From: Nemertoderma westbladi
Lineage: Eukaryota > Animalia > Xenacoelomorpha
NCBI GenBank assembly: GCA_032718475.1
Contig: JAUCBJ010004610.1
Span: forward strand, 12,640 to 76,639
Direction: 5' to 3'
DNA length: 64,000 nt
Below, one piece after another: positions 24,763 through 37,168 of this stretch. The position numbers and the translations under genes were made by a program. The notes beneath the pieces are model-generated. The model was not told the DNA's origin. It saw nothing but the letters and a program-made list of their open reading frames with translations, and searched no databases. How positions within the stretch are numbered: position 1 is the first letter of the stretch; each line of letters begins with the position of its first letter.

Positions 24763-26980
24763 TCTATATATATAAATATCGATTGTCTGTCTGTGTGTTT
24801 GTCATCGGCTATACAATCGAACCCATCTCGATGAAATCTCGCTTGCTATAGCTCATTAGAAAGGTCTCGCTCTAACTCATTGCAACGTAATACTCAGAGC
24901 CGTCTGAAGTTCGCCCATCTGCCGCTAGAGGGCGATTTTCGTGATTTTCGGGCGAAATTTATCGAATTATTTCGGTTCTTCTATCGGTAATTAATTATTT
25001 AGAGGGCTAACATTTATCCCACCTGGTATAAAATTAACATGGGTAGATTCGCCGTGTCCCATTCTCACAAAGTTTTTATTTTATTCGAGTGTTTAATATA
25101 AATATGTATGATTATTTATTGATTAAAAATCAAATAGTGTATAAATATGTCATATTCGCCAAGCACGATCGAATTGGCCTATTCTTAGTGCTGTAGTGAA
25201 TATAGGGAAGGATTTTTTTCTGTATCATAGCAACGTTAAGGTAATTATTGAAATCGCAGCTAGCTGGGCACAGATAAGGAGCAAGCCAGGCTGTAGTGTT
25301 GATTGGGGTGGGTTTGGGTTGTCTGTTGCGAACTGCTCAAGTGTAATTCTGCTTTCTCAATCATTGGCTGCATGGAAGGAGAGGTTTATAACATTTTTGT
25401 TTTACTGTTATGAATATTAAAAGTAAAATAATTATTTCTGTAGGCCTATACTTGCTGTATTATTATTTTATCTAATATTATACATCTAATCTCGATGAAA
25501 TCTCGCTTACTATAGCTCGTTAGATAGGTCTTGCCCTAACTCGTTGCAACGTAATACTCAGAGCCGTCTGAAGTTCCCCCATCTGCCGCTAGAGGGCGAA
25601 TTGTCCGATAGTGAAAACCTGATCTCATTGGGTTGTTTTTAATGCTTTTGAGCTGAAACTTGGTAGCTATATACTGCAGCATAGGCTGTATATTTCCGGA
25701 GTCACTGAGTTGTCCACAGTTCCCCAGTCTACCGTTAGAGGGCTAAATGTCTGAGAGTTAACATCTTCTCCAACTTTGTTATTTACAATCCGTTTAGACT
25801 GAAACTTGGTAGGCATCTACTACAGCATAGGCTGTATCTTTACTGAGTCGCAGAGTCGTCTACAATTCCCCAGTCTACCGCTAGAGGGCGAAATGTCTGA
25901 AAGTTAACATCTTCTCCAACTTTGTTATTTATAATCCATTTAGACTGAACTTGGTAGGCATCTACTACAGCATAGGCTATATCTTTACTGAGTCGCGCAG
26001 AGTTGTCTACATTACCCGCGTCTGCCGCTAGAGGGCGAAATGTATGAAAGTTAACATCTCCTCCAACTTTGTTATTTACAATCCTTTTAGACTGAAACTT
26101 AGTAGGCATCTACTATAGCATAGGCTATATCTTTGCGGAGTAGTAGAGTCGTCTACAGTTCCACAGTCAGCCGCTAGAGGGCGAATTGTCTGATAGTGAA
26201 AACCTCATCCCATTTGGTTCTTTTTAATCATTTTGAGCTGAAACTTGGTTGGTATCTACTACATCATAGGCTGTATCTTTACGGGGTTGCAGAATCCTAT
26301 TCACTTCCCCAGTCTACCGCTAGAGGGTGAAATGTCTGAAAGTTAACATCTTCTACAACTTTGTTATTTACAAACGGTTTAGACTGAAACTTGGTAGGCA
26401 TCTACTTACTACAGCATAGGCTGTACCTTTACGGAGTCACAGAGTTGTATACAGTCCCCCCATCTGCCGCTAGAGGGCGACATATCTGATAGTGAACACC
26501 TCATCCCATTTGGTTCTTTTTAATCCTATTGAGCTGGAACTTGGCAGGAATCTACTACAGCATATTGTGTATCTTTACGGAGTCCCAGAGTCGTCTACAG
26601 TTCTTCAGTCTACCGCTAGAGGGTGAAATGTCTGAATGTGAACATCTACACCAATTTTGTTATTTACAATCTGTTTAAGCTGAAACTTGAAAGGCAGGCA
26701 TTTTACTTCACCATAAACCCCATCTTTACCAAACTGCAGCGCCGTCTGCATTTCACCAGTCCGCAGGTAGAGGGTGGATCTGAAAGTGATCATTTTCTGG
26801 AAATTTTGTTATTTACAATCTGCCTCAAGTTGAAACTTGACAGTTATATCTTATGGGGGTGGTGTTTTATTTAATGATGGTGTCTGTTCCGTATGCAGTT
26901 CTCAAATCTCCCACACATATTCATATATCATCTGCACGTGCACTAGAAAGCTGTGGCCCGAAGGGCCACAGGCTTTCTAG
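24763..26980 (+). mobile_element. Non-autonomous Helitron
   Basis: A|TC 5' end (tctatatatataaat), 3' hairpin tgtggccc-gaa-gggccaca followed by CTAG|T, no TSD. Confidence 0.88.
25580..26840 (+). repeat. 146-bp tandem array inside the Helitron (~8.5 units)
   Basis: CCG(C/T)TAGAGGG starts at 25586, 25732, 25878, 26025, 26171, 26317, 26467, 26613; degenerate copy at 26761. Confidence 0.9.
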
Positions 26981-27030
26981 TATATATATAATTTTGTATT
27001 TTGTATTTTATTTTATATTTTGTAAATGTA

Positions 27031-27582
27031 ACAACTCGTATTTTACATCGAACCAACCGCAACCCACGGTTTATGAACAGCAGTATGAACCCACGGTAAT
27101 ATCATTAAAAGAAGTTTTGAGATGGCGACCAACTGTAAAAAAGTTTTAAAAAAAGGTCCCACCTTGGCTTTATATTACACCCCCTCCATTGGCCATTCTT
27201 AAAGTCACGCAAACAGATATTAAGGAAGACAAATCTACCCAGACGGACAACTCGTATTTTACATCGAACCAACCGCAACCCACGGTTTATGAACAGCAGT
27301 ATGAACCTGCGGTATTATCATTAAAATAAGTTTTGAGATGGCGACCAACTCTAAAAAAGATTACACCCCCTCCATTGGCCATTCTTAAAGGCAAGCAAAC
27401 AGATATTATTAAGGAAGATAAATCTACCCAGATGGACAACTAGTATTTGACATCGAACCAACCACAACCCGCGGTTTATGAACAACAGTATGAACCCCGT
27501 GGTATTATCATTAAAAGAAGTTTTGAGATGGCAACCAACTCTAAAAAAGTTTAAAAAAAGGTCCCACCTTGGCTTTATATTA
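27031..27582. repeat. Same ~219-bp satellite (right part, ~2.5 copies)
   Basis: Matches the 15225-16489 units. Confidence 0.95.
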
Positions 27583-27655
27583 TGGTTCTACAAAATTTCG
27601 CACAACAGGGATAGACACCTTGACACCATGTACCATTAGTTTGTATGCAATTGGG

Positions 27656-30151
27656 TTAATGGAACCCACATTTGACTTTTAGTCTATTATAGACATACAA
27701 AGCTTCTCTCCTTATGTTGGTACTAAAACTGAATACAATAATAGGGTTAGCTAAGAAGTCCACCATGGGTAAGAGAGTACTTGTTATATGGTAAATTCTA
27801 TATTGCATAGAATTCAACAATTCCGCTTTTACTTTCTCCCCTAATGTGTATATAATACTCTGGGACAAATAAGATAACCCAAAAACCATTGTAATTGTTA
27901 ACAACATCATTGTTGATCGATACGTGTTGATTTTACGTTTTTGACTTTGTATGGTATCTTGTGATGGTCTCCGACACCCTCCACTGATCATAATATCCCG
28001 CTTGTTGGCTTTATTAGCGAGTTTGATCGCTATAGCAGAGTACAGAAGTATCATTGTTGTTACCGCTATCAGGAAACTAAAGTGATAGATAGTGAGGGAA
28101 ATAGAATGGCCCAAGAATACTTCTGTATGTGTTATATTAGTAATGGACACAAGTACCCAAAGAGAAGACAACATTGCCACCGACATACACATCCCTATCA
28201 AAGCCATGGCTACCTTTGTACTTGGCCCTCGGCTGAAAGGTCTAAATACCACTCGAAATCTGAAAAAACAAACAAATATTACATTCAGTGTTTATGTACA
28301 AATTTGCAGGGAAGACACCCACACTTTAACAGGACTTTTAGGCATTAGTATGACTTTTTGACCAAAATTTTACATGCCTAAATGGCTTTTATCATAAGGT
28401 TTTTTGTTCCAGAACCAATATTTGACCTGACATGCTGATGGTAGCTAGTTTTTTTTTATTTTTTTTTTACTTGCTAGTACTTTTCTAGCTAGTCAAAAAA
28501 AAATGTTTATTTAGTACTTAAACTTACATTACAGAGTCATGTGGTAGCTAGTATTTTTATACATTACAATAATATTATACTAGCTAGTTTTCGAAAATAA
28601 CTTTTTTACTAGCTAGTAAATAGTATTAGCTAGTGTAAAAAATTAAAAAACTAGTTACCATCTGAATGTCAAATATTAGTTCTGGAAGAAAAAAATGATA
28701 AAAGCCATTTTCATAGTAAAAAAATTGGTCAAAAAGTGGGTACCCAGGCCATACTAATGCCGACTTCTACTGCTACTGGTAGTATAATAGGTGGGTGGTA
28801 TAACACTAACCATCCCCACATTTCTCAATTATGTTCTGAGTTTTTCTTAATTTTTTAGTTAGTGTTAGTTAGTCATGCATTATGATTACACCCTAGGTAG
28901 TTGGTGTGGATCAGCTCTGTTTACCTTGCTATTTCTACTGCAGATATTTGTGTAGTAATAATTCCATTGAAGGATTTCTCGCCATTAATCTGATGGATTG
29001 TACTGTAACAGTATCAAAAGCGAATTGCTGGAATATATAATATGCAATGCGGAATTCAATCCAAAACCGATAAACAAATTTAGAGAGAACTGTGTTTCTG
29101 TCTTCCATTATTATATTATATTATTATAGATTAAATATAAAATTTCGGTAACGGTTCCGTAATATGCCACAACACTTTTTAAACATAAATCATTGTTACC
29201 ATGGCAACCCTGTAGAGTTCTAGAACACCGTATAAATGTTATTTAACTATTCTAGAACATAAATAAAATATAATGTTCTAGATAGAACATATAGGTAGTA
29301 ATTTTTAAAATGCAAAATAGCTAGTATTTAAATAAAATAAATTTTTTTGAAATTAAATTTAGTGTTATAAATGTTATAATTTCAGGAAGATAGTAATTTT
29401 TAAGATAGTTAGTATTTTTTGTGGCAGTTAACAAAAAATAAAAAATGTTCGCAAAAAAATAAAAATATATCGATCGTTTTATATATTATATAAAGATTAA
29501 GAAAGAAAGATATAAAGAAAGGATTATAACAAAGAAAAGTGAATAACTAACTAATTTAAGATTAAAAAATAACTAGCTACATGTTCTAGAACATTATATT
29601 TTTATTTTATTTATGTTCTAGAATAGTTAAATAACATTTATATGGTGTTCTATCATTACTATTGTTGCCATAGTAACAATGGTTAATGTTTAAAAAGTGC
29701 AGTGGCATAGGAAACCCATAGCGGAAATTTCTTTATAGTAGAGTAATTTAATAATAATGAAAAAAATTCCCTACCTTTCGATTGCTATTACTATATATAA
29801 ACCAACATAAAACATCTGGATAATGCGGTCGAAGAATTCAGACATTTTATAATTTATCGAATGATCTCCCATGCAAACTGTTACTTGACGAATCAGGTAC
29901 AATATATATAGGTCTATGGGAGCACTGGATAAAAAAAATACTATTCCAGTAAACAACATTGCCATGATAAAGTAGTCGAAATGACAGCGAGTGTGTTTAC
30001 ACAAGAAAATAACAAGAACCATGATATTAGCAAAGAGTCCCAGTAAAGTCATTGGAAAACCTATTAACATAACTACGTCAATGGTTGTGGGGAAGTAGTC
30101 AGTTACATTGTGTAGACAATCAATAACGTCCATCCTTGATCCATACATCAT
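27656..30151 (-). CDS. Class A (rhodopsin-like) orphan GPCR, 2 exons (30151-29775, 28259-27656), 326 aa
   Basis: Phase-2 GT/AG splice rebuilds IAIER|FRVVFRPF (DRY-equivalent); TM1 GLFAN, TM7 ANPII; spliced length 981 nt is in frame; multiple hydrophobic segments. Confidence 0.85.
28341..28761. mobile_element. MITE with 8-bp TSD (Merlin- or hAT-type) in GPCR intron
   Basis: TIR ggcattagtatg...catactaatgcc, long imperfect palindrome; flanks gactttta / gacttcta. Confidence 0.7.
29140..29730. mobile_element. Foldback MITE in GPCR intron
   Basis: 29140-29300 is inverted relative to 29570-29730 (e.g. tataaatgttatttaactattctagaacataaataaaat and its reverse complement). Confidence 0.65.
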
Positions 30152-30692
30152 CGTACAGCTACTTATTGGGTCTCATCGAATATAAATATAAACATTTAAA
30201 TATATATCAAACATATGTGTCAGTGCATATAGAAACCAGGCGATTTCGGGCTGAATTCATTTTGCGAAAATGGGGAATAACGTTAAAAAAAAATTGTTTC
30301 AAAAATTTTTTTTTTCAAAATATGTTCATCAGTTATGTTTATAATCATTGGACATACTAATTTTGATAAAATGATATGTTTTGACGGTCTGCCAGTCTTA
30401 TATTTCTATCATATTGTAAATCTATAATCTATCATATAAATCTATCATATTGTAGAAATATAATTATTGGCTGGTTACTGGAATTTCACTACTACAGTTT
30501 AAATTACATTTAGTACATACGTTTTCAATAAAACCTGAAGGAGCCCTGTAGGGTGATAACGTTTCTTTAATTTAATTTAATGTATTTTACTTTGCCTGTG
30601 ATAGACCCTAAATTGTGTTGTTATTTAATACTCTTTCCCTTTTGTTCATCATCCATAAATACTGCAATATTTACCTTAAATATACTATATTA

Positions 30693-31593
30693 CACCATGT
30701 CCCGTAATATAGTGTCATTTTCTGATGCACGGACCCCCCCCCCCCCCAGATTTATCTACAAATCTTTATCGTATTGCTTGAAATTAGAAACACTACTAGT
30801 TCCACTCACCGTCGATGACCCCATCAAACCGGAATTTTCGATTTTGCCTTTAAATTTTTTATAAAAGGGGCTTTTGCGAAATCGCACCCTCCGTATCGTG
30901 AACATTCATCACATTAGTCGTAATTTTTTCATATCATTAAAAAGCTTGCCTTGCAAGGATTCCAAATATGTAACAATATCTGAATTTCGTTGAGAAACAG
31001 CTGAGATATAGGTGTTCAAAGATTGCAAGAAGTATTGTTCGTTGAAGGGCCATTTATTCTATTTAATAAATACACGATGTTCTGGAACATTTTGTTTAAG
31101 TATGAATAGCTATGCAATAGATATAGTGGATAGTAATACCGCTGTTGCCAACCATCATAAAATAATCATAAAAAAATCATAAAATAAATAACACATTCTA
31201 GAATTTTGTGTATTTATTAAATCGAATAAATGGCCTGCAGCGAACGATAATTCTTGCAATCTTTGAACGCCTATATCTCAGCTGTTTCTCAACGAAATTC
31301 AGATGTTGTTACATATTTCGAATCCTTGCAAGGCAGGCTTTCCAATGACATGACAAAATTACGACAAATTGAAGAATGTCCACGATACGGAGGGTGCGAT
31401 TTCGCAAAAGACACTTTTTTTAAAAGGCTTATAAAAAAAATTTAAAGGCAAAGTCGAAAACTCGGGCTTCATGGGGTCATCGACGGCGAGTGGAACTAGT
31501 GGTGTTTCTAATTTCAAGCAATATGATAAAGATTTGTAGAAAAATCTGGGGGGGGGTTCGTGTCATCAGAAAATGACACTATATTACGGGACA
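30693..31593. mobile_element. Palindromic MITE related to the CACCATGTCC family
   Basis: TA|caccatgtcccgtaatatagtgtca ... tgacactatattacgggaca; ~400-bp inverted arms; shares blocks with 5498-6219. Confidence 0.8.
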
Positions 31594-31611
31594 GGGGGGG
31601 GGGGGGGGGGG

Positions 31612-33060
31612 GGGGGGGTGTTTCACGAAGCGTCATTTAATTAAATTGGCGTAAATGACGTATCATTTAAGAAATGTGTGTTTCATGAAGTTTCATTTAA
31701 TTAAATTAAATGAAACTCCATTTAGCTGCTAAATAATAGTGTTTCACGAAGGTGTCATTTAAGATTTTATGTCATTTAATTTAAATTAAACCTCTGGGTA
31801 CCATTTAACACTGTCATTTAACACTTAGAAATATTTATATCCAAGCAACAATGAATTTTGTTATCCAGAAAGAGGCCGCGTACACTCTGGTATGTTTTAT
31901 ATGTTTTTTGTATGTTTTATATGTTTTTTGTATGTTTTTTATATGCTTTGTATGTTTTTATATAATACGAATCCTATATATCCGATATAATCCGATATAA
32001 ATCGAATACTTTCATGACAAACAATATTCGAGAACTTTTGACATATGTGAGATAAGAAACATATAAAAAACATACCAGTGTGAATGCAGCTTAAGATATA
32101 CATTGCGATGTATGTATACATCACAATAACATTGTTTTAAAGTAATACAATGCTGCATCTCATGCTTCAACAGCGTCTTTCCCCCAGACCGAGAATATTT
32201 CGGGATCGATATAATCCGTTAGACAGCAAGCATCCAGAGTTATTTAAATAACATCACAGGTTTCCGAAAGAGATCATAGCAGAAATGTGCACTGGAATGT
32301 TTGCACGATTGGAACATCTCACAGGACTAAGCTGTAGTCTTCCTGTCTCTCTGCAGGTTTGCACAGCGCTAAGATTTTTTGCCCAGGGTTCATACATGGC
32401 TGTAGTTGGGGATATCAGCACATTTCAAAATCAAGTGCAAGTCGTTGTATTAAGAATGTGTCAACAATATATGTGAAGAGGCACCAAATTACGTTACTTT
32501 TCCAGACTTAAATACTACGAAGTATTCGTTTTATGAATACAGTAGCATGCCCTGTGTCATCGGTGCAATCGATGGCACTCATGTAGCAATAGAAACAATG
32601 GTATCAGTGTATCAATGTGATTCTTGTCTGTGGTCTGGATCTACAATATATAATTGTCTAGCAAAATTTTCAGGTGGAACCCATGCATGATGCGTTTGTT
32701 TTAACATCATCGGCCTTGTACGAATATCTCGAGAGCACACCTCAGGAATGTTGGTTGCTAGGAGATTCAGGATACCCCTGTAAGAAGTGGCTGCTGACAC
32801 CACTAGACGAAGGGGCATCTGCACGTAACATAAAAGATGTTGTTGTTGCGCGATGTTGTATTGAAAGATGTAATGGTGTACTTAAACAACGGTTCCGATG
32901 TTTACATAACAAGCTACACTTTGGACCAGCGAGATGTTGTAAAGTGATAACAGCCTGTGTAGTACTGCACAACATAGCAATAAAGAATAATCTGGCTTTT
33001 GATTTAAACGAAGAAGAACTTGAGCAAATGTTGATTGATGACCCTGGAAGTCGATTGTGC
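31612..33060 (+). mobile_element. PIF/Harbinger element, left end plus decayed HARBI1-like transposase (32150-33050)
   Basis: Subterminal tgtttcacgaag repeats; ALRFFAQGSY, VIGAIDGTHV, HDAFVL, WLLGDSGYP, IERCNGVLKQRFRCL, ACVVLHN motifs with frameshifts. Confidence 0.85.
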
Positions 33061-33480
33061 CCGTGTCCTATAAGATACGTCTCAAGAAATTCAAGGGCTG
33101 TCCACCATGCTTATTCACTCCTTGAGGCTGCCAAAGCACAAGATTGTGCACTGGCTGGTCCTCACCGTGAAAGCAATGTCCTAGAAAGCGGAGGCGACTT
33201 TGTTCTAGTGTCTTGCTTGGGGGAAGCAATGAGCCATGAGACAATGTCTGGTTGGAGATGTGTGCATTGTACTTGACACAATGAACCCGGAGTAGCATTC
33301 TTGTGAATGTTCCATCCAGAGATTTGGTTTCCTCAGCAGTTAGAGCTTAGCATAGACTCCCATAGAGGAGTACTGGAACTTCTGCTGTTGTAAATAATCG
33401 GACCTTAAGTTTCCGATTAATTCTCTGTGACTTCCAAATCCTGGAAAGCCTATTCAAGGCTGCCCATGCCTTTCCCTTAC
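33061..33480 (-). mobile_element. More diverged RTE fragment of the same family
   Basis: Reverse-complement match to 530-965 with more substitutions and small deletions. Confidence 0.85.
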
Positions 33481-33780
33481 ATACATCCTTACGTTTTCGT
33501 AACACCAGTAGTATATGATATCCATAACTTGGGTCAATATTAATTTCGAGCCTTTGAAAAAAGTACCCTTGTGAATTGACAATCTTATGCTACATGGATG
33601 AGCACACTGGAAGACAATTCCATCGCAATCGGTGCTGTTTTTAATTTCGTTCATTTCACACATGATGGACAACATCTCTTCTTAAATAAAATACCATTCT
33701 GTGAGAAATAAAATACATTTCTGCTGGTTTTTTGGACAAGTTCTCTATGATTAATACCCAATACAGATGGGTATTCAATT
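33481..33780 (-). pseudogene. Merlin/IS1595-like transposase N-terminal fragment
   Basis: DGIVFQC...C...SIHKGTFFKGSKLILTQVMDIIYYW pattern. Confidence 0.6.
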
Positions 33781-35299
33781 TTGACAGTAATAATGAAAAT
33801 ACATAAGCGGTTTAAAATAAGTGTTCTAGAATATAGATTGTCAGGATTTTTAATAGTTAATTATTGATTGTTAAATATTGATTGTTAAAAAAAAACGCAG
33901 GAAAAGGCACAGGATACCGAAATTATTATGGCAAATTATTACAGATTATCAGTGATAACTGTTAATATACTGAAGTTTTACATAAACTGTATGTTTGAAT
34001 TATAGCCAGTTCTAGGTGAGATAATAAATTCCAATGTTTGCTAATCTACATTTCCAGGATCATATGCCCTTTTCTCATGATGCTGCACATTGTTGGTATT
34101 TTCTGAAAGCCTATTGATAACATTTACGTTAAAAATAACTATTTACTTCAAGTCGTATAATATAGTACTTTATACTTTTGCTTGATTATCACCAAATCCC
34201 GTATCATTATAGGTTTTTCATGTGCCCTTCGGAATGGTATCTTGGCCCTGATAGGTTGTCCCATAATTAACTCATCGGTGATTTTCCTGTACTGGGAATG
34301 TGGCATGTTCGGGTAATTCATCAATCGTCTTTGAACTTCTTTTCGGGTCTTTCCCCATTGCTATTGCCACATGTACTGTCTTGACCAAACCTATGGGGCA
34401 CCGTTTGGGACTTTATTTATCACTACCACACATGTAAATTTTAGATGTGTATGGGTGATATAATACAAGTGCCGTTTGGGACAAAATATGTTTTAGATGT
34501 GTATGGGTGGTATAATACAAGTGCCGTTTGGGACAAAATAAATTTTTGATGAGTATTAGCGACTTGGGGGTGAAGTGAACAAGGTAGTTCTGAGGAAATA
34601 CATATTTGATAACTTAGAGAAAGATCTTGATTCGCATAATGAAGCTCATACTTTGCCTTCCATTACTTTGCCTACACCACGCATAAGGGAGGCTCTGGGT
34701 CAACTACGGGAGGAAATAAACATGCATTGTCTATGCACAATGAATGGTAGATATCCATGCAAGTTGTTGTGGTTAGGAAGCATGGCATCTAACAATAAAG
34801 ATTTGGAGAATACGGATCCTTCTTTGGATATGCCGATGGTGATGACATTGCGACCGATGGGAATAGCGTAGTAGTACCTGACAACAAATTCATTCTATAG
34901 GTGACGAAAACCCAATGGTACCTACCATTGGTACCTACTGATGATAACTACTGGATGATAATTACTTCGGAATACACATTTATCGATCAGTCAGATACAC
35001 TTTGATCAATAACTTATTAACCTGAAATATTATTTGAAAACGTATGTATATTTAATATCAATTAATAATAATATCCAATTATACTAGACTAAAATATAAC
35101 AATAACAAGTATTATACGGTTTTAAACTTTCATTATGACTATGATAAGTATGTGATTATTCACATTCTATTTGCATGCTACACTGCTTGTAGTATAGTAT
35201 TTGTGTAGACAAATAAACTCAAAACAAAACTGCAGTTAAATTGCCACCATGGAGTTAAAATTAGGAAGGGATGATGATCCAAAAATTACACAGCAATGG

Positions 35300-35579
35300 A
35301 TAGAGAATGTAGTAATCATAACTAGATCAAGTATAATGCGCTCTTTGAATACTTCAAAGTTATCGAGAATAGGAACTCTGGTTTCTTTGGCACAAGTATC
35401 AGCCATAGGCATCCCCCGCATGTAGCTCGCCTCGACATCTTCATCAGGTATAAATCTCAAAGTGGGCTGCAGATCAAATCCTAATATTGGTACTTTATCT
35501 GATCCAGTAACAAAAGTAAGAAGCTCAGTCAAAGCTAAAATGTGGGATTCACTGTCACCATCGGTATAGGGTGCGCCCT
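35300..35579 (-). pseudogene. Isolated HECT ubiquitin-ligase C-lobe exon (G2E3-like)
   Basis: LLTFVTGSDKVPILGF...MPMADTC...F..FKE with the catalytic-Cys motif; tattacag acceptor immediately upstream. Confidence 0.65.
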
Positions 35580-36085
35580 CTGTAATATTATAATAAAGTA
35601 ATTATAAAAAAATATAATTATATATATGAACAACAACATTGTTCTGCCATGCCGAACATGGAATAATTATTAATAATAATTAGTTAATATATTAAATTAA
35701 TTAATTATTTTTCGTTTGTATCACATAAACCCACCCATGCTATATCATATAAACCATCACAGCCGGAACAAGTACTGTAGTATACAAGTATGCAGACTGG
35801 CAGGTATTACATACCAGCATTCATTACATAGGCCTATCAGTGCAGCAGTATAGGCCCTGCCTATATAGCCTATATAGTCTGGCAGTAGGCCTAGGCCTAT
35901 AGAGTCATCTCAACTATGCCTAGGGAGGCCTATAGCTGTATAGGCCTACAGGTAAACGGCTGTACTGCTCTTTTGAAAAGTTTTCATTTTCGGTCAGTTT
36001 TCCGGCACTGGCACATGGCACCATGCATCCATGGCATACATTCCACTGCTCAGCTGGAGCAAAGCTTAGCCTGTATGTACCAGTA

Positions 36086-37168
36086 GTTTTAGTAATTATT
36101 GCAACAATCAGATCAGTATACGATGGTTCGACAACATTTGTGTCTACTGTTGACGGTGACAGAACCATTTGAAGTGTTATGGGGCATCCTCCAGGGAGAC
36201 ACACTTGCACCATTCTTGTTCATAATTGTTGTTGACTATATTCTACGCATGTCCTAAGATCATCATAATGATGATGGGGGTGATGATAACTCCACCTACT
36301 GGCTCCAGAAGTCGAGGAAATCCTGCCAAGTACCTAACTGATCTAGACTTTGCTGATGACTTAGAGGAGTACTCTCAGAATCACTAGAGTGAGCCCAACG
36401 GCTCCTCAGCTCATTATGCTCAGCTCAACATGCTGCTTCTAGTGTTGGACTTTTTATTAACTCCAGAAAGACCAAAATTTTGACAGTTAACTTTGAAAGT
36501 CCTCAGCAAGTCTCTGATCGGATGAGCATAAGCTCAAAAGATGGTATGCTTGAGCATGTGGATGACTTCTGTTACCTGGGATCATGGATCCGGAAGTCAG
36601 GTGAGGACCTTCGAATACGTAAGGGAAAGGCATGGGCAGCCTTGAATAGGCTTTCCAGGATTTGGAAGTCACCGAGAATTAATAAGGTCCAATTATTTAG
36701 AGCAGCAGTAGTTCCAGTACTCCTCTATGGGAGTCCATGCTGGGCTCTAACTGCCGAGGACACCAAATCTCTGGATGGCACATTCGCAAGAATGATACGC
36801 CAGATTCATTGTGTCAAGTACAATGCACACATCTCCAACCAGACACTATATAACATTGGAGGTGTCTCATTGGTTCCCCCAAGCTTGACACTAGAATAAA
36901 ATCGCCTCCGCTTTGCAGGACATTGCTTTCGCCGTGAGGACCAGCCAGTGCATAATCTTGTACTTTGGCAGCCTCATGGAGTGAATAAGCATGGTGGACA
37001 GCCCATGACTTTCTTGAGACGCATCTTAAAGGACACTGGCCTTGAAGATGCGGATGATCTAGCAAATGTCATGGGTGATAGGGAGTTGTGGCGGTGCAAT
37101 TTTGTCGATAAGCCGGCACAGCATTCTTAAAAATGCAGCTGCAATGCAGCATGCCGATCCTAGTAGTA
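36086..37168 (+). mobile_element. RTE-clade LINE, longest local copy, frameshifted
   Basis: GILQGDTLAPFLF, LDFADD; TSD gtaccagta at 36077-36085 and 37169-37177; (TAG)n tail. Confidence 0.92.
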
